A stretch of 64,000 bases of DNA from Bacteroides sp. (GTDB lineage: Bacteria; Bacteroidota; Bacteroidia; Bacteroidales; Bacteroidaceae), in assembly GCF_019416685.1 (NCBI RefSeq), contig NZ_DXWV01000071.1; one strand, given 5' to 3'. Numbering within the stretch: position 1 is the stretch's first letter; the number at the start of each line of letters is the position of its first letter. Position numbers and translations under genes: made by a program. Of this stretch, positions 10,601 to 19,233 are shown piece by piece. The notes below the pieces were generated by a model. It was given only the letters and a program-made list of their open reading frames with translations. It did not search any database and was not told the origin of the DNA.

Positions 10601-11112
10601 TGTATCCTGAAGATCCCAGATTGGTTTATGGATTCGGATTGAATCTGGAGTGGAAAGGCTTCTTCGCCGGAGTATTCTTCCAGGGGGTAGGGCAAACTTC
10701 TGTTAACCTTTTGGCTTCGGCCGGTAACTTTATGCCGTTCCATAATGGAGTGGACGCTTCTTCTGCCCGTATGGAGTCTTTGAACCGTTGGCAGAATGAT
10801 GATCCTTACAATCAGAATGTTTTATTCCCACGTGTACATGCTACTAAATTTGACAATAATACTTATGGAAGTACATGGTGGTATCGTAATGGTAGCTTCT
10901 TGCGATTGAAAAATGTAGAGTTCGGCTATCAGTTCAATAAGCAGATGTTGCGTAAAATCAGTATGCAGAATCTGAGAATTTATGTTCAGGGAACTAATCT
11001 GGCAGTTTGGGACAATATAAAGTACTGGGATCCTGAACTGGGTGGTTCTAACTCCGGATCAAAATATCCGATATGCGGAACATGGACAATGGGACTTGAA
11101 GTTACATTTTAA
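7648..11112 (+). CDS. SusC/RagA-family TonB-dependent outer-membrane transporter with N-terminal STN signalling domain
   Basis: STN-like N-terminus ([20 protein letters not shown] ... [13 protein letters not shown]). CarboxypepD_reg domain ([39 protein letters not shown]). TonB box and plug ([16 protein letters not shown] ... [32 protein letters not shown]). The C-terminal barrel ends in F. Length is 1154 aa. Confidence 0.95.
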   Translation: [1154 protein letters not shown]

Positions 11113-11124
11113 AAATTGAATATT

Positions 11125-13110
11125 ATGAAAAAAGTTAAGAAATTCGTATATACTGCACTTATTGCCAGTGGAATGCTGGGAAGCTTTGTTTCATGTGATT
11201 ATTTGGACGTATCCAAGGAATTGGCTGAGAATCTGACATTGGATCAGGTTTTCGATAATCCCGGTTATACAAAACGTTGGCAGGCTAATATCTATAACTG
11301 TATCCCTAATTATTCAGAATTGGGAAAGGGAGCTACTACTGGTTTCACAGGTATCTGGAGCTTGATGTCGGGGCAGGTTGTAGCGAATACAACAGCTGTA
11401 GGGACTCAGATGATTACGGGTTTTAACTCGTCGAATGCTTCGTTCCACCGCTGGGCGACGCTATATAGATATATACGGCAAGGATTTATCTTTCTGGATA
11501 ATGCCAAAGATTATATGGGATCGGAGCAGGATGCATCATATGTTAGTGAAAAGGATATGAACCGCTTGAAAGCAGAAACTAAATTTCTGATTGCATACAG
11601 CTATTTCTCTCTTTTTGAGCTCTATGGTCCTGTTCCTTTGATCTCAGAAACAGAAGATCCTGAAAATAAATCAATAGATTATCCGAGAGCATCTGTGGAT
11701 GAAATTGTAAATTACATCGATAATCTGCTGAAAGAGGTAATAGACTCAAATGCATTGCCCGAAACATTATTTAAAGGTGACCCTTCCGGCGGTTTCGACT
11801 ATGATCATAATAACGATAGATACAATTTGAAGGAAATAATCCGTCCGACCAAAGTTGCCGCATTGGCATTACGTGCTAAGTTATGGGTTTATGCAGCTTC
11901 TCCTCTTTTCAACGGTGGATACAAGGAAGCATTGCAAGTGACCAATAAAGATGGCAAACGTCTGTTCCCGGATGAAGATCGGTCAAAATGGAATACTGCA
12001 AAGGCACGTTTGGAGGATTTGTTCACATTTGCTGAAGGCAAAGGACACAAATTGTATTATGCCAAACCCGGAAGTAATGGTCTGCCCGATCCTAATCTGT
12101 CAGTATATGAACTGTTCCAATATTATAACGATGAAATTCTTTGGGCTAACGGTAATAATAACTATCGAATCGTAGGAAACGATATGGAACGGCGTACTTG
12201 CCCTCGCGGAGCGAATGGTTTTTGTAATATTGGTCTGTACCAGGAGGGAGTAGATGCATTCTTTACTAAAAACGGTTTGACTATCAATGAAGATCCCGAA
12301 TATAAAGAAGATGGTTTTGCCGATTTGGTAAATAGATGTAGCTCAACTTCGCATAAAGATAAGCATATCTTTAAGATGTATCACAACCGTGAACCTCGTT
12401 TCTATAATACGGTCACTTATGAAGGAAGAAGCTGGCATTTGCCTATTTCCGGAAAAGCTGAATATGGTTCGTATTTCAGTAAGGGTGGTGATTCGGACAA
12501 TAGTTCACAAGATCATCCGAAAGCGGGATATTTACTTTATAAGTTTAAAAATCGCTTATTGTTGGATACCGGTGATAATGTAAAGACATGGGCCCGCCCC
12601 TGGATCTTATTCCGTTTGGCTGATTTCTATCTCTATTATGCAGAAGTTTGTAATGAGATCAATCCTTCCGATTCTAAGGTGATAGAATATTTGGATAAAA
12701 TCAGAGATAGAGCCGGCATACCCGGATATCAGGAACTTAAGGAGAATGGAATTAAAAATATTGTTGGGGATTATGAAGCTCAGAAACTGGCTATCCGTCG
12801 CGAACGTATGGTAGAGCTTTTTGCCGAAGGGAATCACTACTTTGACACACACCGTTGGATGAGTTGCCTGGATGATAATGGAGAAGATCAGCCACATATT
12901 CGTACAGGAATGGATCTGAACTCGCCTGCTGCCAAATTTAATTCCAGCAAAATACCAACTACATTCTATGATGCAATTGGTGAAGGATCTTACTACAATA
13001 GAGTGGTTGTGGAAAAACGTGTATGGAATAAGGAGATGTTATTGTATCCGGTACCTTATGATGAAATACAAAAGAGTAAATTGCTTGTACAAAATCCATT
13101 GTGGAACTAA
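11125..13110 (+). CDS. SusD/RagB-family nutrient-binding outer-membrane lipoprotein
   Basis: Lipoprotein signal (MLGSFVSCDY). Immediately follows the SusC gene. SusD-type motif IRRERMVELFAEGNHYFDTHRW. The first ATG is at 11125; the ORF-track start at 11116 is TTG. Confidence 0.88.
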   Translation: MKKVKKFVYTALIASGMLGSFVSCDYLDVSKELAENLTLDQVFDNPGYTKRWQANIYNCIPNYSELGKGATTGFTGIWSLMSGQVVANTTAVGTQMITGFNSSNASFHRWATLYRYIRQGFIFLDNAKDYMGSEQDASYVSEKDMNRLKAETKFLIAYSYFSLFELYGPVPLISETEDPENKSIDYPRASVDEIVNYIDNLLKEVIDSNALPETLFKGDPSGGFDYDHNNDRYNLKEIIRPTKVAALALRAKLWVYAASPLFNGGYKEALQVTNKDGKRLFPDEDRSKWNTAKARLEDLFTFAEGKGHKLYYAKPGSNGLPDPNLSVYELFQYYNDEILWANGNNNYRIVGNDMERRTCPRGANGFCNIGLYQEGVDAFFTKNGLTINEDPEYKEDGFADLVNRCSSTSHKDKHIFKMYHNREPRFYNTVTYEGRSWHLPISGKAEYGSYFSKGGDSDNSSQDHPKAGYLLYKFKNRLLLDTGDNVKTWARPWILFRLADFYLYYAEVCNEINPSDSKVIEYLDKIRDRAGIPGYQELKENGIKNIVGDYEAQKLAIRRERMVELFAEGNHYFDTHRWMSCLDDNGEDQPHIRTGMDLNSPAAKFNSSKIPTTFYDAIGEGSYYNRVVVEKRVWNKEMLLYPVPYDEIQKSKLLVQNPLWN

Positions 13111-13127
13111 TAAAATGATATTATAAA

Positions 13128-14246
13128 ATGAAGAAATATATAATTGTTATCCTATCGTTACTGGTCTTTTTGAATGTTTCCGTTTTTGCAGCCGGTGATG
13201 TGCCTTATACTAAAACTGAGATTAAATCACTGATGAAAAAAGTGGCAGACTGGCAGTTGGCTCATCAGAAAGAGGTGAAACACCATCCTATGGACTGGAC
13301 AAACGCCACTTTATATATCGGAATGGTGAAATGGGCAGAACTGGCTGATAAGGTTGATAAAGACGAAACATACTACAAATGGCTGGTAGATATTGGTAAC
13401 CGGTATTCATGGAAAGCCAATAAACGGATGTACCATGCGGACGATTTGGCTGTTTGCCAGATGTTCATAGATGTCTATAAAAGATACAAGGACAAGTCGA
13501 TATTGCAGCCTACCATTGAACGTATTGATTGGATACTTGAACATCCCTCTAAAGGCTCTTTGATAATAGACTATTCCAATCAGACCACTTTGGAACGTTG
13601 GAGTTGGTGTGATGCTTTGTTTATGGCTCCTCCTATCTTCACCCGGTTATATAAAGAGACGGGTAATAAGAAATACCTGGAATTTGTAGATAAGGAATAT
13701 AAAGCTTCTACTATTTTCTTGTATGATTTGGAAGAGAGAATGTTCTTCCGTGACAGTCGTTATTTCTATCAGCGTGAAGCAAATGGCAAGAAAGTTTTTT
13801 GGGGACGCGGAAATGGTTGGGTACTTGGAGGACTGACCGAAATGTTACAAGATCTGCCTAAAAAGAATAGTTATCGTCAATTTTATGAAGATCTCTTTGT
13901 TGAGATGTGCAACCGTATGGTAGAAATTCAGCAACCGGACGGATTATGGCATGCCAGCTTGCTGGATCCGGAGACTTATGCTGTACCTGAAACCAGTTGT
14001 TCCAGTTTCATTATATATGCGCTGGCATACGGCATTAATGAAGGGTTATTGGATAAAGCTACTTATTTGCCTGCATTGTTGAAAGCTTGGAAAACTACAT
14101 TGGGTACAATTGATAATGATGGTAAGCTGGGATATGTACAGCCGATTGGTGCCGACCCGAAGAAAGTTACAAAAGATATGACCGAAGTATATGGTGTTGG
14201 TGCTTTCCTGATGGCGGGAACCGAATTGTATAAAATGGCTAAGTAA
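13128..14246 (+). CDS. GH105 / PF07470-family unsaturated rhamnogalacturonyl (uronyl) hydrolase
   Basis: Motifs WSWCDALFMAPPIF, FWGRGNGWVLGGLTEML and DGLWHASLLDP. The 372-aa size is typical of YteR-like enzymes. Confidence 0.8.
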   Translation: MKKYIIVILSLLVFLNVSVFAAGDVPYTKTEIKSLMKKVADWQLAHQKEVKHHPMDWTNATLYIGMVKWAELADKVDKDETYYKWLVDIGNRYSWKANKRMYHADDLAVCQMFIDVYKRYKDKSILQPTIERIDWILEHPSKGSLIIDYSNQTTLERWSWCDALFMAPPIFTRLYKETGNKKYLEFVDKEYKASTIFLYDLEERMFFRDSRYFYQREANGKKVFWGRGNGWVLGGLTEMLQDLPKKNSYRQFYEDLFVEMCNRMVEIQQPDGLWHASLLDPETYAVPETSCSSFIIYALAYGINEGLLDKATYLPALLKAWKTTLGTIDNDGKLGYVQPIGADPKKVTKDMTEVYGVGAFLMAGTELYKMAK

Positions 14247-14259
14247 TTTGTCGGTTATT

Positions 14260-14310
14260 AGGGTTGCTCTGAAATTGGTATTACTTGTTTAAGGCAACCC
14301 TTTAATTTTT
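14260..14310 (+). terminator. Possible terminator hairpin after the first GH105 gene
   Basis: AGGGTTGC / GCAACCCT 8-bp stem with a 26-nt loop, followed by TTTAATTTTT. The long loop makes this a weak call. Confidence 0.3.
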
Positions 14311-14582
14311 AGATCCTTATGAAAAAATAAATAACTCTTATCGGACTTATTTTCTTATTATTCTCAAATCAATTTTTGCATTGGAAGCCTGGGATATTTT
14401 AGATAAATCAATGGTTTCCTGGAAAACGAACGGAGGGATTTTATAATAAAGCATGATCATTCCTCTAACAAAGAGTTACTATTGAGATTTCTGCTATTGT
14501 GGGTGTATATATTGGATATATAAAAGCAGATAGCAGGATACTAAAACGTTTCAAGATCATTTTAAAGTAACAGAAATTAATA

Positions 14583-16211
14583 ATGAGTAAAAGCATGAGA
14601 AAAATTTTAATTATAATCTTACTTTTTGCAATTGGATTTCCTTCCTATGCCCAGAATGAAAAAACATTCCGGCAGTGGGGTGAAGAGTCTCTGAAGGTGA
14701 TCGATCTTTATTTGAAGTCGAATAGAGGGACCTTCCTGTATGCTGAAAAATCAACGAGTCCGACAGCTGCATTTGTATGGCCTACCAGTATTCAACTGAA
14801 AGCGTTGATTTATGCCGACCGGATAGATGATGCTAAGAAGTTGCTTGATAATGTGAACAAGTATTATTACGTAGCCTATAATGGTTATTATGCTTATGAT
14901 GCCAGTTACAATGGTAAAGGTGGGAGCCGCTATTATGATGATAATGCATGGATGATTAAAGACTTACTGGATATGTACGCTGTTACAAGTAATGAAGACT
15001 ATCTGACAAGAGCTAAAACGGTCTTAAAATTCTGTATGAGTGGTGAATTACCTACAGGAGGCATTCTGTTCAATGAAAATCCGAATCATGAAAAAGCGGG
15101 AAAATGGTCGGTTTGTGCAACGGCTCCGACTATTGTTTGCTGTCTGCGGCTTTATCAGATTACAAATCTACAAAAATACTTGAATGATGCTCTGCGACTG
15201 TATCAATTCTTGAAAAATGATGCGGGCTGGGGCATTGGAGCAGGGTATCGGGGATATGAAAATGCCGTTGTTATGCAGGCTTCCATGCTTTTGTATACCA
15301 TAACAAAAGAGGAACAATATCTGGAAGATGCTTATCGGTTGGCTTACGGTATGGAATCTCACTACATTGACTGGGCCACACATCGTTTGAATGAAACCGG
15401 ACAATGGGGAGCTCACGATATGGCAGATGCTTATGTAGAACTTTATAAGATAGATCATAATCCAAGATGGCTTAATCTTGTTGCAGGTTATGCAATCTAT
15501 TTGCATGATAATTGTAAAGACGAACTCGGGTTTTATCCGGAATACTGGAATGATCTGACTCCTTCGCAGGAAAGCAGGCAACAGCTATTATATCAGTCTT
15601 CGGCAGCATCTACCTTCCTCAAATTAGCATCTGTATCTTTTGAGGCAGAACCTGTTACTACGCCTGTTGCTCTATTCCAGAATGTGAATTATAATCAGGG
15701 AAAACTCAATAACCAGTATAGTGTAGGATTGGAGGTTGGGGAATATGCGAAAGATGATTTATGCCGTTTAGGGTTGACCGATAATAAGATGAATTTTAAA
15801 GCTCAGATCTCTTCCATTGAGATAGCTGATGGCTATAAAGTGACTATATATAAAGAAGGAGATTTTACGGGCGACTCTCGATTGCTGTATAAGTCTTCAC
15901 CTGATTTACAAGGTTGGAGCAATGTGAAGTCTTTAGTGGTTGCTCGTGTCAATGATACTGGCATTCATTCTAATAATTCGTCTTCGTCATTAAAGGTACA
16001 TCCGCAACAAACTTCAGATTTTGTCTGTATAGAGAATCTTTCGGAAGATACGTGTATTAAAGTTCTGGATATGAATGGAAACACAGTTTTTCGGACCAAT
16101 GTATTGGATGAACAGTATGTGTTGAATATGACCCCATTTTCTCAGGGGATGTATTTGGTAGTGATAAGTTCACAAGGCCAAAGTCAATCGGTAAAAGTTT
16201 TGAAATATTAG
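14583..16211 (+). CDS. GH76-like (alpha/alpha)6-barrel glycoside hydrolase with a beta-rich middle module and a T9SS C-terminal sorting domain
   Basis: SpI-type signal (FAIGFPSYAQ). GH76-like motifs RYYDDNAWMIKDLLDMYAVTSNEDYLTRAK and GGILFNEN...KWSVCATAPTIV. The C-terminus VKVLDMNGNTVFRTNV...GMYLVVISSQGQSQSVKVLKY resembles the Por_Secre_tail domain. Confidence 0.55.
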   Translation: MSKSMRKILIIILLFAIGFPSYAQNEKTFRQWGEESLKVIDLYLKSNRGTFLYAEKSTSPTAAFVWPTSIQLKALIYADRIDDAKKLLDNVNKYYYVAYNGYYAYDASYNGKGGSRYYDDNAWMIKDLLDMYAVTSNEDYLTRAKTVLKFCMSGELPTGGILFNENPNHEKAGKWSVCATAPTIVCCLRLYQITNLQKYLNDALRLYQFLKNDAGWGIGAGYRGYENAVVMQASMLLYTITKEEQYLEDAYRLAYGMESHYIDWATHRLNETGQWGAHDMADAYVELYKIDHNPRWLNLVAGYAIYLHDNCKDELGFYPEYWNDLTPSQESRQQLLYQSSAASTFLKLASVSFEAEPVTTPVALFQNVNYNQGKLNNQYSVGLEVGEYAKDDLCRLGLTDNKMNFKAQISSIEIADGYKVTIYKEGDFTGDSRLLYKSSPDLQGWSNVKSLVVARVNDTGIHSNNSSSSLKVHPQQTSDFVCIENLSEDTCIKVLDMNGNTVFRTNVLDEQYVLNMTPFSQGMYLVVISSQGQSQSVKVLKY

Positions 16212-16254
16212 TTGAGTTAATCTTACATATTATGAACATTAAAAATTAAAAGTT

Positions 16255-17286
16255 ATGAAAACAAAATTATCTTTTTTTCTTGTAGCAATTAGTCTTTGTA
16301 TGAGTGCATTGGCAGCGGATGTTCCCGCCCAGTTATTTATGCGTGGCACAGCATTGGCAGAGTCGTCCACACCTTTAGTCATGAAGAGAATTAATAAGGA
16401 TTTTCCTGATTTCTATAATGGTGCGGGTGAGATCAGCAATACTTTTGAACTGTTTACAGCATTAAAAAGCGGTAATTATGAATTTGCTGCATCGGAAAGT
16501 GGAGCAGCTATTATTTCTTCTGCAACAATAACGGTTGATAAAGAGGGATTGGTACCTTATAGAATTCGGGTGAATTTTGATGAAAGTACTCCGGAAGTAA
16601 CTGTTTCCGAGGTGGAAGAGATGATTATATGGGCACCTTCCAAAAAATTTGTTGTTGCCAACCTTGACTACATGGGTAATTCTTCATTTATAATCAGAGG
16701 GCTTGAATATAGCAAGGATACCTGGGGAGATCCAAGATATCGTTTCAGAGTTTATACCGCTGATGGTGATATAAAAACTTATGCATATAAAAAAGGAAAC
16801 TTAACCGGGCCGGATGACGATAGTAATGAAACAGGATATTTTGATTTGTATCAAACAACGGCTGAAGGCCAGTGGGATGAAACAATAGATGGAGTAAAGT
16901 ATCAGGGTGCCGAATTCAAATTATCAAAGAAACGCAGAGGAGAAGGATTTACATTGGCTCCATTTGATGTGAAGGTGGTTTTTGATCCGGTAAATAACTA
17001 TACACACGTTATCAGTGATTATGATCCGACAGGCATTGTTAGTACAAATGCTGTGTCCAAAGGGGAAGTATATCCGACTGCTATCAATGATCAGGTTACT
17101 ATAGCTGTCGAAAAAGGAGCTTTGGCTGTTGATTTCATTTCAGCAACAGGGATAACAGTGTTGCAGGCTAAATCAGCTGACAGCACTTTGACACTTAATA
17201 ATATTAGTCTGCCTAAAGGTGTTTATCTGGTGAAGATTGTTCAGGATAACAATGTTCTATCAGTGAAACGTGTAATTAAATTGTAA
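16255..17286 (+). CDS. Secreted protein of unknown function (putative glycan-binding module) with T9SS C-terminal domain; paralog of the C-terminal half of the next gene
   Basis: Signal peptide. Aligns by eye along its full length with residues encoded at 18207-19181 (shared PYRIRVNFD, VVANLDY.GNS, WGDPRYR.R, FKLS.KRRGEGF.LAPFD.KV.F, HVISDY). C-terminal tail: VYPTAINDQVTI...GVYLVKIVQDNNVLSVKRVIKL. Confidence 0.7.
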   Translation: MKTKLSFFLVAISLCMSALAADVPAQLFMRGTALAESSTPLVMKRINKDFPDFYNGAGEISNTFELFTALKSGNYEFAASESGAAIISSATITVDKEGLVPYRIRVNFDESTPEVTVSEVEEMIIWAPSKKFVVANLDYMGNSSFIIRGLEYSKDTWGDPRYRFRVYTADGDIKTYAYKKGNLTGPDDDSNETGYFDLYQTTAEGQWDETIDGVKYQGAEFKLSKKRRGEGFTLAPFDVKVVFDPVNNYTHVISDYDPTGIVSTNAVSKGEVYPTAINDQVTIAVEKGALAVDFISATGITVLQAKSADSTLTLNNISLPKGVYLVKIVQDNNVLSVKRVIKL

Positions 17287-17293
17287 AGGAAGA

Positions 17294-17340
17294 AAAGGGG
17301 AGAGGTATGTCTATTCATAGGCTTTCCCCTTTTTGTTTTT
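17294..17340 (+). terminator. Intrinsic terminator
   Basis: AAAGGGGA / TCCCCTTT stem followed by a T-rich run (TTTTGTTTTTT). Confidence 0.55.
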
Positions 17341-17375
17341 TCGCTTTGTTAGCAATATACTCAACTATAATTCAT

Positions 17376-19181
17376 ATGAAACAATCTATTAAAACGAATT
17401 TAATATTTCTATATGCTTTTATAGGAATATTTCAGGTGGCATTTTCACAAAACGGTACATATTCAAAGAGATACTATAAACAGCAGAAAGTGACTTTCAA
17501 TAGGCCCAATGGAGCATATACCAATGCACTGCTTGTCGAGGATTTTGGAAACGGAAGTTACTATACGGATCGTGATCATGCCGCAATTGTAGACGGAACT
17601 TATCAAATTAAGTTTAAGAAAGGATGTAAAGTCGGTGGTACAGGTACAGCTGTTATTGTCAGTACTCCAAAGTTGACGCAATACACTATGGAATACCTTA
17701 TTAAATATGATGAAAATTTTGAATCCGGTCTTCATGGCAAACAGTTTGGCTTTAATTTAGGGGTAGGATATTCAGGAGGAGCTTCTGATAAAGCAATACA
17801 AAATGGTGATGGTGGGAGTGTCCGTCTCCAATTTGATGCACTCGATGATTGTATATCCAATCAATTGTATGTTTATTATTCTGATATGACAACAGAATAC
17901 GGTTGTAACCCCGGAGATCAGAAGTATACGATGAAACGGGGAGTATGGAATAAAATAAAACTGACTGTTACGATGGAAACCTCTTATGAAGCTAAAGATG
18001 CTCGTATCGAGGTGTGGTGTAATGATGAAAAGAAGATAGATGTGACCGGTCTTTCTCTTGTTCGTAAAGACGATCACCGTTTGATAACAGGTATCTGTTT
18101 TGAGTCATTCCCCGGTGGAGGTGGTATCTATCCTACACATGATAACTATCTTTATCTGGATGATATGACCTGGTATCCGGGTAGTGATAATGACGCATTC
18201 AAGAGTGTGCCGGATGAGTTGTACATGAAAGGAACTGCATTGGCAGAATCTGCTTCTCCATTGAAAATGAAGAGAATTGTAGAAGGTTTTCCGGAAAGTT
18301 ATAATGGAAATCTGGTTACCGGTAATACTTATGAGCTGATAACTGCTCTGAAAACCGGAAGTTATTCGTTCTCTGTTTCTGAGAGTGGAGAAGGTTTGAT
18401 TCAATCGCAGGACATTACAGTGGAGAATACGGAAAAAAATCCGGTACCTTATCGTATCCGGGTAAATTTCGATAATGATATTCCGCAGGTTACAGTGGAA
18501 AAAATTACGGGGGCTATATTATTTGCCCCCTTCAAAAAGAAAGTGGTAGCCAATCTGGACTATACCGGAAACTCTGTTTTTGAAGTGAAAAATATTCAAT
18601 ATGATGCATCTTCATGGGGAGATCCGAGGTATCGGATAAGGCTCTGCCTGGAAGATGGCTCTGTGGTTACTTACGGATATCTGAAAGGCAGTATATCGGC
18701 TCCGAATGATGACAGTAATGCGTCGGGGTATTTTGAACTTTATCCAACGACCAATATTGATGACTGGCACGAAACGATTGATGGAACAAGATACACAGGA
18801 AATGAATTCAAACTATCTTTCAAAAGAAGAGGAGAGGGTTTTGATCTGGCACCCTTTGATATGAAAGTGATTTTTAATTCTATCGGAAGTTATTATCATG
18901 TTATAAGTGATTATGTAGAGCCTCCTGTGGGAATTACCGAAAACCAGAAAGGGGGAATCGGCATTTATCCTACATTTTTCAATCAATATATTATGATTGA
19001 GGGGACCGAGCGTGGTATGCTGGTTGAAATGTATACCATAGATGGCAGTAAAGTGCTTCAGACGAAGACCGATGCTCCTGTTTGTAAATTAGAGAATCTG
19101 AACATACCCGATGGTGTTTATATTTTGAAGGTTTCAACCCGGGATAACATAACGGAAACCCGGCGTGTGATTAAGTATTAA
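17376..19181 (+). CDS. Putative polysaccharide lyase (PF14099-like jelly-roll) fused to the paralogous binding module and a T9SS C-terminal domain
   Basis: A signal peptide starts at the ATG at 17376 (MKQSIKTNLIFLYAFIGIFQVAFSQ); the ORF-track start at 17307 overlaps the upstream terminator. The N-terminal half has GKQFGFNLGVGYSGGA, GGSVRLQF, VWNKIKLTVTM, IEVWCNDEKKIDV and ITGICFESFPGGGG. C-terminal tail: IYPTFFNQYIMI...GVYILKVSTRDNITETRRVIKY. The lyase family assignment is tentative. Confidence 0.5.
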   Translation: MKQSIKTNLIFLYAFIGIFQVAFSQNGTYSKRYYKQQKVTFNRPNGAYTNALLVEDFGNGSYYTDRDHAAIVDGTYQIKFKKGCKVGGTGTAVIVSTPKLTQYTMEYLIKYDENFESGLHGKQFGFNLGVGYSGGASDKAIQNGDGGSVRLQFDALDDCISNQLYVYYSDMTTEYGCNPGDQKYTMKRGVWNKIKLTVTMETSYEAKDARIEVWCNDEKKIDVTGLSLVRKDDHRLITGICFESFPGGGGIYPTHDNYLYLDDMTWYPGSDNDAFKSVPDELYMKGTALAESASPLKMKRIVEGFPESYNGNLVTGNTYELITALKTGSYSFSVSESGEGLIQSQDITVENTEKNPVPYRIRVNFDNDIPQVTVEKITGAILFAPFKKKVVANLDYTGNSVFEVKNIQYDASSWGDPRYRIRLCLEDGSVVTYGYLKGSISAPNDDSNASGYFELYPTTNIDDWHETIDGTRYTGNEFKLSFKRRGEGFDLAPFDMKVIFNSIGSYYHVISDYVEPPVGITENQKGGIGIYPTFFNQYIMIEGTERGMLVEMYTIDGSKVLQTKTDAPVCKLENLNIPDGVYILKVSTRDNITETRRVIKY

Positions 19182-19233
19182 ACTTGATTCTTGAAATTAG
19201 TCCTATTCAGAAATTATCTAAAATTGATTATTT

